From an uncultured Anaerolineales bacterium (GTDB lineage: Bacteria > Chloroflexota > Anaerolineae > B4-G1), in contig CAYUIS010000003.1 of the NCBI GenBank assembly GCA_964444825.1, positions 5,088 through 69,087 of the forward strand: DNA of 64,000 nt, read 5' to 3'. Positions within the stretch are counted from its first letter, which is position 1. Every line of letters starts with the position of its first letter. This document shows, in pieces, positions 9,653-17,925 of this stretch. The notes beneath the pieces were generated by a model. That model ran no database searches. It worked only from the letters and a program-made list of their open reading frames with translations, and had not been told where the DNA came from. A program made the position numbers and the translations under genes.

Positions 9653-10870
9653 ATGAAGCACGTCATCGTTGGCAACGGCGTCGCGGGCGTTACGGCAGCT
9701 CAAAGCATCAGCCGAGCCGATCCCACGGCCAAAATACACATCTTTGGCGAGGAGCCCCATCTCTACTACCGCCGTCCCCTACTGTGGGAGTTTATCGCCG
9801 GTCAGATCGAGCAGGACGATGTCTACTTTCGGCCTGCCGATTGGTACGCCGAGCGCGGTATTCACCTCCATATGGGGATCAGAGCGACGGTGCTTGTCCC
9901 CTTGGAACATCGCCTGACCCTATCAGACGGGACGACGGTGACGTACGATCGATTGCTGCTGGCAACAGGTGGGCGCCCCTTTGTGCCCTCGTGTCAGGGA
10001 ACGGGCAAGCAAGGCGTCTTTACCTTGCGCACGCTTGATGATGCCCTGGCGATCAAGGCATACGCACAGAGGGTCTCCGCAGCAGTGGTCATCGGAGGAG
10101 GACTGCTGGGACTGGAAACGGCGCGGGCATTGCGCACTGCCGGTCTGGACGTGACGGTCGTCGAGTTCGCCCCCCACCTGCTGCCGCGCCAACTGGATGC
10201 CGAGGGAGCGGAGGTCCTGCAATCCCTGCTGGAAGCGCAGGGATTGCAGATTATCACGGGCGGCGCAATACAGGCCGTCCACGGAGATGAGCGCGCCGAC
10301 TGCATCTGGCTTCAAGACGAGCGTGTGGTGCCAGGAGAGCTAGTGATCTTTTCAACTGGCATCCGGTCAGAAGTTGCGCTGGCCCAGGCGGCAGGGCTAG
10401 AAGTCAAGCGCGGCGTCGTGGTAGACAAGCAGCTACAGACAAGCGCGGAGGATGTTCTCGCAGCGGGGGATGCCGCCGAGTTCGAGGGACGGGTCTACGG
10501 GATCATCCCGCCCGCCATCGAGCAGGCTAGAGTCGCAGCAGCCAATATGGTCGCGCCAGGAAGTGCCACCTACACTGGCACACTGCCCGCCACCACGCTC
10601 AAGGTCGCCGGCGCAGAGTTGACCTCTTTGGGAGAATCCATCGTCGATACGAATGAGGCCGTCCAATTGCGGCACACAGACTTCCCAGGTGGGCATTACC
10701 GCAAGTTCGTTCTGCGCGAGGGACGCGTCGTTGGCGCAATTCTGCTCAACGACAACGAGCGTGTCAGGCCCATCACCCAACTCATCGAGCAGGGTGTGGA
10801 CGTCTCAGCCAATTCTGATCACCTGTTGGACGACGACTTTGACCTGAAATCACTGCTACAGGCCAGCTAG
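9653..10870 (+). CDS. FAD-dependent pyridine nucleotide-disulfide oxidoreductase, NAD(P)H:rubredoxin oxidoreductase-like
   Basis: Two dinucleotide-binding folds (VIVGNGVAGVTAA and VVIGGGLLGLETARAL) in the NADH oxidase / rubredoxin reductase architecture. It lies directly downstream of the rubredoxin gene. Confidence 0.7.
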   Translation: MKHVIVGNGVAGVTAAQSISRADPTAKIHIFGEEPHLYYRRPLLWEFIAGQIEQDDVYFRPADWYAERGIHLHMGIRATVLVPLEHRLTLSDGTTVTYDRLLLATGGRPFVPSCQGTGKQGVFTLRTLDDALAIKAYAQRVSAAVVIGGGLLGLETARALRTAGLDVTVVEFAPHLLPRQLDAEGAEVLQSLLEAQGLQIITGGAIQAVHGDERADCIWLQDERVVPGELVIFSTGIRSEVALAQAAGLEVKRGVVVDKQLQTSAEDVLAAGDAAEFEGRVYGIIPPAIEQARVAAANMVAPGSATYTGTLPATTLKVAGAELTSLGESIVDTNEAVQLRHTDFPGGHYRKFVLREGRVVGAILLNDNERVRPITQLIEQGVDVSANSDHLLDDDFDLKSLLQAS

Positions 10871-10917
10871 GAACTGGCTAATCCCAAAGAACATATTCAT
10901 TGAGGAGGTGCACTTGA

Positions 10918-11421
10918 ATGCAGAAAATGACCAAGGATAATCTGGAAGCAGCGTTCGCTGGTGAGAGCCAGGCGCACATAAAGTACCTGATCTTTGCCGA
11001 TAAGGCGGAGAAGGAAGGTTTCGCCAACGTGGCCCGCCTGTTCCGCGCCACCTCTTACGCCGAGCAAGTACACGCCACCAGCCACTTTAGGACGTTGAAG
11101 GGCGTGGGCAAGACGGCGGACAACCTGGGCGCCGCCATCGGCGGTGAGACCTACGAGGTGGAGGAGATGTATCCTGCCTTCATAGCCATGGCCAAAGAAC
11201 AGCAGGAAAAGGCCGCCGTCCGGTCTAACGAGTGGGCGATGGAGGCGGAGAAAGTGCATGCGGCCCTGTACGGCAGGGCCAAGTCCTCGGTGGAGGCAGA
11301 GAACGACACGGATATCGGTCAGGTTTACGTCTGCTCCGTCTGCGGATGGACTGGAGAGGGCGAACCCCCCGACGAGTGTCCCTTGTGCAAAGCCAAGAAG
11401 GAGAATTTCGTCGCCTTTTAA
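10918..11421 (+). CDS. rbr: Rubrerythrin (diiron four-helix-bundle domain + C-terminal rubredoxin-like CxxC..CxxC domain)
   Basis: The N-terminal ferritin-like domain carries E..H motifs (AGESQAHIKY, YAEQVHA). The C-terminus reads CSVCGWTGEGEPPDECPLCKAKKENF. Confidence 0.85.
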   Translation: MQKMTKDNLEAAFAGESQAHIKYLIFADKAEKEGFANVARLFRATSYAEQVHATSHFRTLKGVGKTADNLGAAIGGETYEVEEMYPAFIAMAKEQQEKAAVRSNEWAMEAEKVHAALYGRAKSSVEAENDTDIGQVYVCSVCGWTGEGEPPDECPLCKAKKENFVAF

Positions 11422-11603
11422 CCAGTCACTGGCCTACACGACTGGTGGGGCACCCAGATAGCCGCACTGGCTCCCGGGCATTCTTCATATAAGGAGAACA
11501 ACCTATGGCTAAAGAAACGGATTCCTGTGTACAGGCAGCGGCAGGGCCCTTGATGCCCGAACCAGTTGCTGCCGCAAGTGTGTCACCAAAGGAGGCAGTC
11601 AAG

Positions 11604-12218
11604 ATGACAACGGCAAGTGTGGGCAAAGAAGCGCCCGACTTTGAAGCCTCAGCCTATATCCCTGGCGAGGGTTTTAAGAATGTGAGGTTATCAGACTATC
11701 GAGGCCGATGGGTAGTGCTTTGCTTCTACCCCGGCGACTTTACCTTCGTCTGACCGACGGAGTTGTCGGCAGTTGCCGTCAGATACCCAAAGTTCAAGGA
11801 ACTGGGCGCAGAAGTCCTCGCCATGAGCACAGATAGCCGCTTCATCCACAAGATCTGGAACGAGGCAGAGTTGTCCAAGATGGTGGAAGGTGGCATCCCC
11901 TTCCCTATGCTCTCGGATGGGGGTGGGCGCGTCGGTAAGGTATACGGGGTACACGATGAGGCAGCAGGCGTGGATATCCGCGGCCGCTTCCTCATTGACC
12001 CTGACGGGGTCATCCAGGCTATGGAGGTGCTCACTCCGTCCGTGGGCCGCAACCCAGACGAGTTGATCCGCCAGCTCCAGGCCTTCCAGCACGTACGGGC
12101 GACCGGCGGTGCGGAAGTGACCCCCTCCGGCTGGACGCCCGGTAAGACCACCCTCAAGGTTGGTCCGCACCTGGTAGGCAAGGTGTGGGAAGTCTGGAAG
12201 CCAGGAGACGAGTCCTAG
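11604..12218 (+). CDS. Peroxiredoxin (AhpC/Prx family) with an in-frame UGA (11751-11753) at the peroxidatic Cys position; candidate selenocysteine-containing Prx
   Basis: ORFs 11505-11753 and 11763-12218 are in the same frame and separated only by one TGA. The sequence reads ...[14 protein letters not shown]-[TGA][11 protein letters not shown], and the universal Prx motif is FTFVCPTE. The TGA therefore occupies exactly the peroxidatic Cys codon. A strong RBS AAGGAGG lies upstream of ATG 11604. Confidence 0.7.
11754..11782 (+). promoter_or_regulatory. Candidate bacterial SECIS hairpin immediately 3' of the in-frame UGA
   Basis: The hairpin is UUGUCGGC-AGUU-GCCGUCAG (11763-11782): a 6-bp stem with one U-U mismatch and a G/U-containing apical tetraloop. 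The apex sits about 19-22 nt after the UGA, inside the window allowed for SelB-binding elements. An alternative stem GACGG/CCGUC spans 11756-11780. Confidence 0.35.
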
Positions 12219-12273
12219 TCGAGCACGGAGCCAGTGTGGCAATACCCTAACTGAAAGAGCATCACACGAGACA

Positions 12274-12777
12274 ATGGGTGAGAGAACTCGGAGCAACGTA
12301 TATACAGCCTTTGTGGGCGAGGCCAAAGCATACCATCGCCTGTTGGCCTTCGCCCGCAAGGCGGATGACGAGAGCTATGATCAAATCGCCAAGCTGTTTC
12401 GCGCTGTTGCTGCCGCCGAGGGTGTGCACGCCGAACGCCACCTGAAGTTAATTGGTGAGGCGATGGTGCGCAGCACCGAGGAGAACCTCCAATCCTCCTT
12501 CGAGCGGGAGACCACCGTCAACGAGGTCTACTACCCGCAATTCATCCGGGAAGCGGAGGAAGAGGGCGAGCCAGCAGCGGCGCTGACTTTCAGCCAAGCC
12601 CGAGACGTGGAGGAAGGCCACGCCGCGCTGTACAAGCAAGCGCTGAGCGCTCTGCTGCGCGACGAGACCCACGACTACCACGTCTGCCAGGTTTGTGGGT
12701 ACATCGCCGAGCGAGAAGCTCCAGATCAATGCCCGGTCTGCAACGCAAAGCGCGACAGATTTCGCTTGGTGACATAG
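12274..12777 (+). CDS. rbr: Rubrerythrin (second copy)
   Basis: A ferritin-like diiron domain plus the C-terminal CQVCGYIAEREAPDQCPVCNAKRDRF rubredoxin-like domain. Confidence 0.85.
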   Translation: MGERTRSNVYTAFVGEAKAYHRLLAFARKADDESYDQIAKLFRAVAAAEGVHAERHLKLIGEAMVRSTEENLQSSFERETTVNEVYYPQFIREAEEEGEPAAALTFSQARDVEEGHAALYKQALSALLRDETHDYHVCQVCGYIAEREAPDQCPVCNAKRDRFRLVT

Positions 12778-12789
12778 TGGGAGCAGGAG

Positions 12790-13314
12790 TTGAATATGGA
12801 ACTAGAGGGCAAACGTATTGCCATTTTGGCTGAGGATATGTATCAGGAACTGGAACTGTGGTATCCCCTCTTGCGCATGCGAGAGGCCGGCGCAGAGGCC
12901 GTCGTCGTGGGTATGCCCGGCGTGAGCGAATACCACAGCAAACACGGGTATCCAGTACAGGTGGAAGCCACCGCCGACGAGGTCTCGGCCGGCGAATTCG
13001 ACGCCGTCATCATTCCGGGCGGTTTCGCGCCCGACCGGATGCGCCGCCATCAGCCGATGCTTGGCCTGGTGAAAGGCGTGTTCGAGCGTGGCGGTATTGT
13101 CGCCGCCATCTGCCACGCCGCGTGGGTGCCGATCTCTGCGGGTATTCTAGAGGGCAAGCGAGCCACCTGCGTCTCGGCGATCAAGGATGACGTTATCAAC
13201 GCGGGAGCGACCTACGTGGATGCAGAGGTGGTGCAGGACGGCAACCTGATCACCTCTCGGGTCCCCAGCGACCTGCCCGTCTTTTGCCGTACCATCATCG
13301 CCGCACTGAAATAG
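12790..13314 (+). CDS. DJ-1/PfpI-family protein (class I glutamine amidotransferase-like; deglycase/protease)
   Basis: The nucleophile elbow AICHAAW is present. Motifs IAILAEDMYQELEL and VIIPGGFAPD fit the PfpI/DJ-1 fold. Confidence 0.8.
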   Translation: MNMELEGKRIAILAEDMYQELELWYPLLRMREAGAEAVVVGMPGVSEYHSKHGYPVQVEATADEVSAGEFDAVIIPGGFAPDRMRRHQPMLGLVKGVFERGGIVAAICHAAWVPISAGILEGKRATCVSAIKDDVINAGATYVDAEVVQDGNLITSRVPSDLPVFCRTIIAALK

Positions 13315-13380
13315 AGAACATAGTCACAGACAAACTTGCCAAAAGGAAACAGTAGTACACAACATGTGAGGAGGTAACTG

Positions 13381-13779
13381 ATGAGATTTGGAGACAGGAT
13401 TCAACAGGCAGACTGGAAGAAGGAAAAGCACGTCCCAGTCATCGAGTGCCCGGACGAGGTACAGGCCGGTGAACCATTCGAGGTGAAGGTTGGCCTGGGG
13501 AAAGAGATTGCCCATCCCAACACCACCGAACACCACATTAGTTGGGTCTCCCTCTATTTTCACCCTGAGGGCGACAAGTTCAGCTACGATGCGGGCCATT
13601 TTGAGTTCAACGCTCACGGCGAGTCGGCCGCGGGCCCCAACCAAGGCCCCGTCTACACGCATCACCAGGTGACAGCAACGCTGAGGATCAACAAGCCTGG
13701 CACGCTGTACGCTGTAGCTATGTGCAACATTCACGGGCTATGGGAAAGCAACAAGGAGATCAAAGTCAGCTCCATCTGA
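13381..13779 (+). CDS. sor: Superoxide reductase, 1Fe (neelaredoxin-type) desulfoferrodoxin family
   Basis: The hallmark EKHVPVIE motif is present, with His/Cys ligands (HPNTTEHHISW, CNIHGLWE). There is no N-terminal desulforedoxin Cys cluster, so this is the class II 1Fe form. Confidence 0.8.
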   Translation: MRFGDRIQQADWKKEKHVPVIECPDEVQAGEPFEVKVGLGKEIAHPNTTEHHISWVSLYFHPEGDKFSYDAGHFEFNAHGESAAGPNQGPVYTHHQVTATLRINKPGTLYAVAMCNIHGLWESNKEIKVSSI

Positions 13780-13863
13780 GGTAATGGGCTCCGATCCCCG
13801 CGGGGTAGGCACGTATGCCTGCCCTGCGGGCTCTCCGTGGGGGCGGGTCATGGGAGGACAGAT

Positions 13864-14775
13864 ATGACAGAGACTTTCTCGGTGACCTTTTGGGGGGTAC
13901 GAGGCGGCTACCCCAAACCTGGCCCAACGACGACCGAATTCGGCGGTAATACCACTTGTCTAGAAGTCCGAGCTGGCAACCACCTGATCATCATCGACGC
14001 TGGTACGGGCATCATCGGTTTGGGCGAAAAGCTGGTCGCTCAGCACCAGGCCGACAAGCGACCTGTCGTGGCCAGCATATTGTTCACCCATACCCATCAC
14101 GACCACACCCAGGGTTTCCCATTCTTTATGCCATCCCATTTGGGCAGCAGTATCCTACACATTTTTGGGCCCAGGCTACTGCACGAGGACTTGGAGGCCG
14201 TCCTGGCCCGTGCCATGCTACCACCGGTGCACCCCATTCGCCTGGACGAACTAGGCGCTATGCGCGTTATCCGGAACATCTCCAACAACGAGGTGATCGT
14301 CTTCTCCGATCCAGAGACACCTCCACAGATATGCAACGCGTATCGCGCGGATGCGATTTGCTCCCCATGGGAAGCCAAGGTCGGGATTATGCGTGGCTAC
14401 AACCATCCACAGGGTGTTTTCCACTACCGCATCGAGATGGGGGACAGGAAGTTGGTGATCGCTAATGACACGGAAGGGTATGTTGGTGGTGATAGACGGC
14501 TGATCCAATTTGCCCGTGGAGCCAGTGTGCTTATTCACGACGCAGAGTTCACCACGGATGAGTATGTCAAGGGACCTCCTTCCCGGCAAGGATGGGGTCA
14601 CAGCACCTGGGAGATGGCTGTACAGGTAGCTGAAGCTGCCCAGGTCGAGCGCCTGGTCCTCACCCATCACAATGCTCACCACGATGACGCGTTTCTCAAA
14701 GATATGGAACGACAGGCCCAGGCAGTCTTCCCCGCGACAATGATGGCCCGCGAGGGTCTGACCCTGGAATTGTGA
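13864..14775 (+). CDS. MBL-fold metallo-hydrolase
   Basis: HxHxDH motif (FTHTHHDHTQG) with downstream His/Asp ligands. A start at the 13837 GTG/ATG is also possible. Confidence 0.7.
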   Translation: MTETFSVTFWGVRGGYPKPGPTTTEFGGNTTCLEVRAGNHLIIIDAGTGIIGLGEKLVAQHQADKRPVVASILFTHTHHDHTQGFPFFMPSHLGSSILHIFGPRLLHEDLEAVLARAMLPPVHPIRLDELGAMRVIRNISNNEVIVFSDPETPPQICNAYRADAICSPWEAKVGIMRGYNHPQGVFHYRIEMGDRKLVIANDTEGYVGGDRRLIQFARGASVLIHDAEFTTDEYVKGPPSRQGWGHSTWEMAVQVAEAAQVERLVLTHHNAHHDDAFLKDMERQAQAVFPATMMAREGLTLEL

Positions 14776-14788
14776 TGGGGAGCCGACA

Positions 14789-15856
14789 ATGGTGTCGTGG
14801 TTTCGCAAGAAGCGCGTAACAACAGACCTGCGAGCGCTGGTGGACCGCTTGGCGACCTATGGTGTACCCGACGCGATTCTGGACAAGCTGGAAAGCTATC
14901 TGCGCGAGGCAAGCGACCGCGAGCTGTACCAGGCCAACCCACGCCACATTGCCGCGCAGTTGGGGATTGACGCACATTCCGCTCTAGGCATCCTGGCGTA
15001 TGCAGTGCAGGAGGGGCTGTTCGAGCTTAACTGGGACGTACATTGCCCACACCATGGCCGAATACGCAGCTACTCTACACTAAACGAGAGCCGTGGTCAG
15101 GAGTATTGCCCCCTTTGTGAAGCAAGTTTTGACGCCCACCTGGACGACGAGGTTCATGTCACCTTCACTGTCAACGAGAGGGTACGCAAGCTCTCGACGC
15201 ACGAACCGCTCCCTGATGATGCCCATCCGCCGACCTACGGACTGGAGCTCTTGAACGTCCAGCCATTTCGGGATCTATTCTCCGATGAGACCCTCCCCCT
15301 TGGCGAGAGTCTCAAGGTCAAACGAGTCGCGTTTCTGTTCACGGACCTACTTGGATCGACGGCGATGTACGCGCGTGAAGGCGACCCCAGAGCATATGGA
15401 TGGGTCCGGCAGCACTTTGACGTGCTGTTTGAGGCAGCCAATCGCAACCGGGGCGTCACGGTAAAGACAATCGGCGACGCGGTGATGGCCTCATTTGTGA
15501 CGCCTGGCGATGCATTTCGGGCCACTGTAGACGTACATCAAAGTATGATAGGTCTGAACCGCCAGTTGGGACTGAGAGGAGACAAGGCCCTGATGATCCG
15601 TCAGGGGACACACGTCGGACCGTGCATTAGCGTGACCTTGAACGAACAGTTGGATTACTTTGGCAAGACAGTGAACATCGCTTCGCGCATAAGCCATCTT
15701 TCCCATGGAGGCGACGTGGTGCTTAGCGAAGCGATGATGTCGGATTCAGAGGTCCGCGCCGAGGCAACCCAGCAGGGAGCGATAGAGAGCTTTGTGACCG
15801 ACTTGCGAGGCTTTGATCGGCGTTTTGAATTACGGCGACTGATCTTTGCGGATTAG
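14789..15856 (+). CDS. Class III adenylate/guanylate cyclase with a novel N-terminal Cys4 (CPHHG...CPLCE) domain
   Basis: The C-terminal CHD domain reads VAFLFTDLLGSTAMYA...VKTIGDAVMASF. The roughly 170-aa N-terminal domain carries C-P-H-H-G ... C-P-L-C, a possible metal/redox sensor. Confidence 0.75.
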   Translation: MVSWFRKKRVTTDLRALVDRLATYGVPDAILDKLESYLREASDRELYQANPRHIAAQLGIDAHSALGILAYAVQEGLFELNWDVHCPHHGRIRSYSTLNESRGQEYCPLCEASFDAHLDDEVHVTFTVNERVRKLSTHEPLPDDAHPPTYGLELLNVQPFRDLFSDETLPLGESLKVKRVAFLFTDLLGSTAMYAREGDPRAYGWVRQHFDVLFEAANRNRGVTVKTIGDAVMASFVTPGDAFRATVDVHQSMIGLNRQLGLRGDKALMIRQGTHVGPCISVTLNEQLDYFGKTVNIASRISHLSHGGDVVLSEAMMSDSEVRAEATQQGAIESFVTDLRGFDRRFELRRLIFAD

Positions 15857-15910
15857 CGGAGTGGGTTGTGCATAGTTGTTCTACGTTGTACAATGTTGGA
15901 GGCGATAAAC

Positions 15911-16084
15911 ATGACAGAGACTGTGATATGCGACTATTGTGGCGAGGAGACTGAGGGAGAACCTATTCGCCGTGGTGATAAGGTCTACTGCAGCGAGGCC
16001 TGCGCCTTTGAGGCCAGTCGTAGCGCTGACTGTGGCGGTCGGTCCGACTCTACCTTCTCTCCACCGGTTGTCGAGCAAACATAG
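15911..16084 (+). CDS. Small TRASH-domain-like metal-binding protein (57 aa)
   Basis: The protein reads MTETVICDYCGEETEGEPIRRGDKVYCSEACAFEASRSADCGG, a C-x2-C-x17-C-x3-C pattern with the YCSxxC typical of TRASH/YHS metallochaperone domains. A GGAGG RBS lies 9 nt upstream. It sits immediately upstream of the encapsulin cargo gene. Confidence 0.45.
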   Translation: MTETVICDYCGEETEGEPIRRGDKVYCSEACAFEASRSADCGGRSDSTFSPPVVEQT

Positions 16085-16105
16085 ACGGCAAGACCGGAGG
16101 AATTG

Positions 16106-17062
16106 ATGAATGACAAACAAGCACTAATAGATATGCTGAACGCCGATCTGCGGGACGAGCATGCATCTGTGATTCGATACTTGATCCACGCTTATCAAGT
16201 CGGTGAGGATACTTCGTTAGGAGCCATGCTCCTATCGATGGCCCGCGAAGAGATGTGGCACATGGATTGGCTGGCCGACGCCATCGGTGAAATGGGCGCG
16301 GAGCCGGACATGGCCCCAGGTTTGTATCCTCACGATCCAGCGTCGAACGCGTCCTTGCTGCGTTCGTACATAGAATGGGAAGACGGTTTGGTCAAAGCAT
16401 ATGCCGGCCAAGCTGAGCGAGTCAGTGACCCCGAGATCAAGAGGATATTGACACAGCAGAGCCTGGAGTCAGCCATCCACAGCCAGCGCTTTGCCTCAGC
16501 CCTGCAAAAGTTGGGCGTGGAGGGTGAAGAGCCGCTGGCTTGTGAGGACTCGGGTAAGTTTTCGCCTGACATGGTGCGGCGACTTCAGGATGAGATGACG
16601 GACGAGTACAAGCTGATGCTTCAACATCTGCGACACGCCTTCGTCTTTGAGCACGACCATCCAGAGTTTGGCGAACTGGAGCTTGTGGCCATGCGGCACA
16701 TGAAGCACATGTCTCACTTCGCTGAGGAGCTCGCAGAATCTGGCCACGAACCACAGTTCGAGCTACCCGACCTGGACATGAGCCAGTCGGCCGATGTGGC
16801 ACTACAATCAAATCTGGAATTGACCAAGGAAGCACAGGCACGATTCATCAACCTGAGTCAAGAACCTGAGCTGGCAGAACACCCCGGACTCAAACTGGAA
16901 GTCGAGAATATGGTCATCCAGGAAGAGTTCCTGACCGCTACCATTCACGAGTTGCAGGAAGAAGCGACCATCGAAGGAGAATCATCCTCTGAACCGCAAT
17001 TCGGAGCCCCGGGCCATCGTTCACCGGGTGATCTTACTGTCGGTAGCTTGATGAAAGAATAG
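16106..17062 (+). CDS. Tandem ferritin-like (bacterioferritin/rubrerythrin-like diiron) protein with a C-terminal encapsulin targeting peptide; encapsulin cargo
   Basis: Two four-helix-bundle ferritin-like halves each carry E..H and EE..H motifs (LRDEHASVIRYL, AREEMWHMDWL; FVFEHDHPEF, MRHMKHMSHFAEEL). A Gly/Ser/Pro-rich linker is followed by the C-terminal ...PGDLTVGSLMKE, matching the family-1 targeting-peptide consensus (LTVGSL as in M. xanthus EncB/C). The gene sits directly upstream of the shell gene. Confidence 0.7.
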   Translation: MNDKQALIDMLNADLRDEHASVIRYLIHAYQVGEDTSLGAMLLSMAREEMWHMDWLADAIGEMGAEPDMAPGLYPHDPASNASLLRSYIEWEDGLVKAYAGQAERVSDPEIKRILTQQSLESAIHSQRFASALQKLGVEGEEPLACEDSGKFSPDMVRRLQDEMTDEYKLMLQHLRHAFVFEHDHPEFGELELVAMRHMKHMSHFAEELAESGHEPQFELPDLDMSQSADVALQSNLELTKEAQARFINLSQEPELAEHPGLKLEVENMVIQEEFLTATIHELQEEATIEGESSSEPQFGAPGHRSPGDLTVGSLMKE

Positions 17063-17071
17063 GAGGTTAAC

Positions 17072-17887
17072 ATGAGTGACTATTTGATGCGTGACGACGC
17101 TCCCTTGAGCGTCAAGGAATGGGAGCGGCTGGACGAAATGGTGATCTTGGCAGCTCGACGTGTGCTGGTGGGTCGCCGGTTTATCAGTCTGGCCGGACCG
17201 CTCGGTTTTGGGACACAGGTGGTGCCACTGGACAAGGTCGAGGGCAGCGGCGCATGCCGCCACGATGCCGGCACCTGCACCGAAGATGATGTGGTACACG
17301 TCACTGGGCGTCAGTTCATCCCCATGACGCTCATCCACAAGGATTTCTTCTTGGCCTGGCGTGATGTCGAGGCCGCCCATCAATCCGGCGCAGGGCTTGG
17401 ACTGGGTCCGGCTGCGGCCGCCGCCGTCCGCGTGGCCCGGGCCGAGGACGAGATGATCTTCCAAGCGCTCCTGAATGCGGAAGGAAGGCAGACCGCGTCC
17501 CTAAAGAACTGGGAAACCTCTGGCAACGCGCTGATGAACGTCGTTGAAGCCCGTCAGGCCCTGGCCGATGCTGGCTTCTACGCCCCGTATGCTTTGGTCG
17601 TGAGCACCGGTCTGTATGCGGATCTCCAGCGCGTCTACAAGGGCTCTGGTCGACAGGAGCAGAAACTGGTGAGCAACATCGTTGATGGTGGCATCTTCCA
17701 ATCACCAGTGCTGGCTCCAAAGCAGGCGCTGATGATCTCCCAAGGCCCCCATCATCTGGATTTGGCGGTGGGGCAAGACATGGTCACCGCTTACCTGGGG
17801 CCAGAGGAAATGGATCACCGGTTCCGGGTGCTGGAGACTCTGGTTCTACGAGTCAAGCAGCCCGGAGCCGTTTGTGTTTTCGAATAA
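17072..17887 (+). CDS. enc: Encapsulin nanocompartment shell protein, family 1 (HK97 fold, linocin M18-like)
   Basis: A 271-aa protein that aligns along its whole length with T. maritima / M. xanthus encapsulins: N-terminus LSVKEWERLDE...LVGRRFISLAGPLGFG, mid YALVVSTGLYADLQ, C-terminus LAVGQDMVTAYLGPEEMDHRFRVLETLVLRVKQPGAVCVFE. Confidence 0.85.
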   Translation: MSDYLMRDDAPLSVKEWERLDEMVILAARRVLVGRRFISLAGPLGFGTQVVPLDKVEGSGACRHDAGTCTEDDVVHVTGRQFIPMTLIHKDFFLAWRDVEAAHQSGAGLGLGPAAAAAVRVARAEDEMIFQALLNAEGRQTASLKNWETSGNALMNVVEARQALADAGFYAPYALVVSTGLYADLQRVYKGSGRQEQKLVSNIVDGGIFQSPVLAPKQALMISQGPHHLDLAVGQDMVTAYLGPEEMDHRFRVLETLVLRVKQPGAVCVFE

Positions 17888-17925
17888 GGACAAGATAACA
17901 TCTAGCCTTAAGGAGGCAACAAGAA

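Noticed and set aside
12775-12792. rbr2 and DJ-1/PfpI ORFs are in the same frame, suggesting readthrough
   Set aside because: The intervening stop is TAG, not TGA, and the domains are unrelated. This is an ordinary stop.
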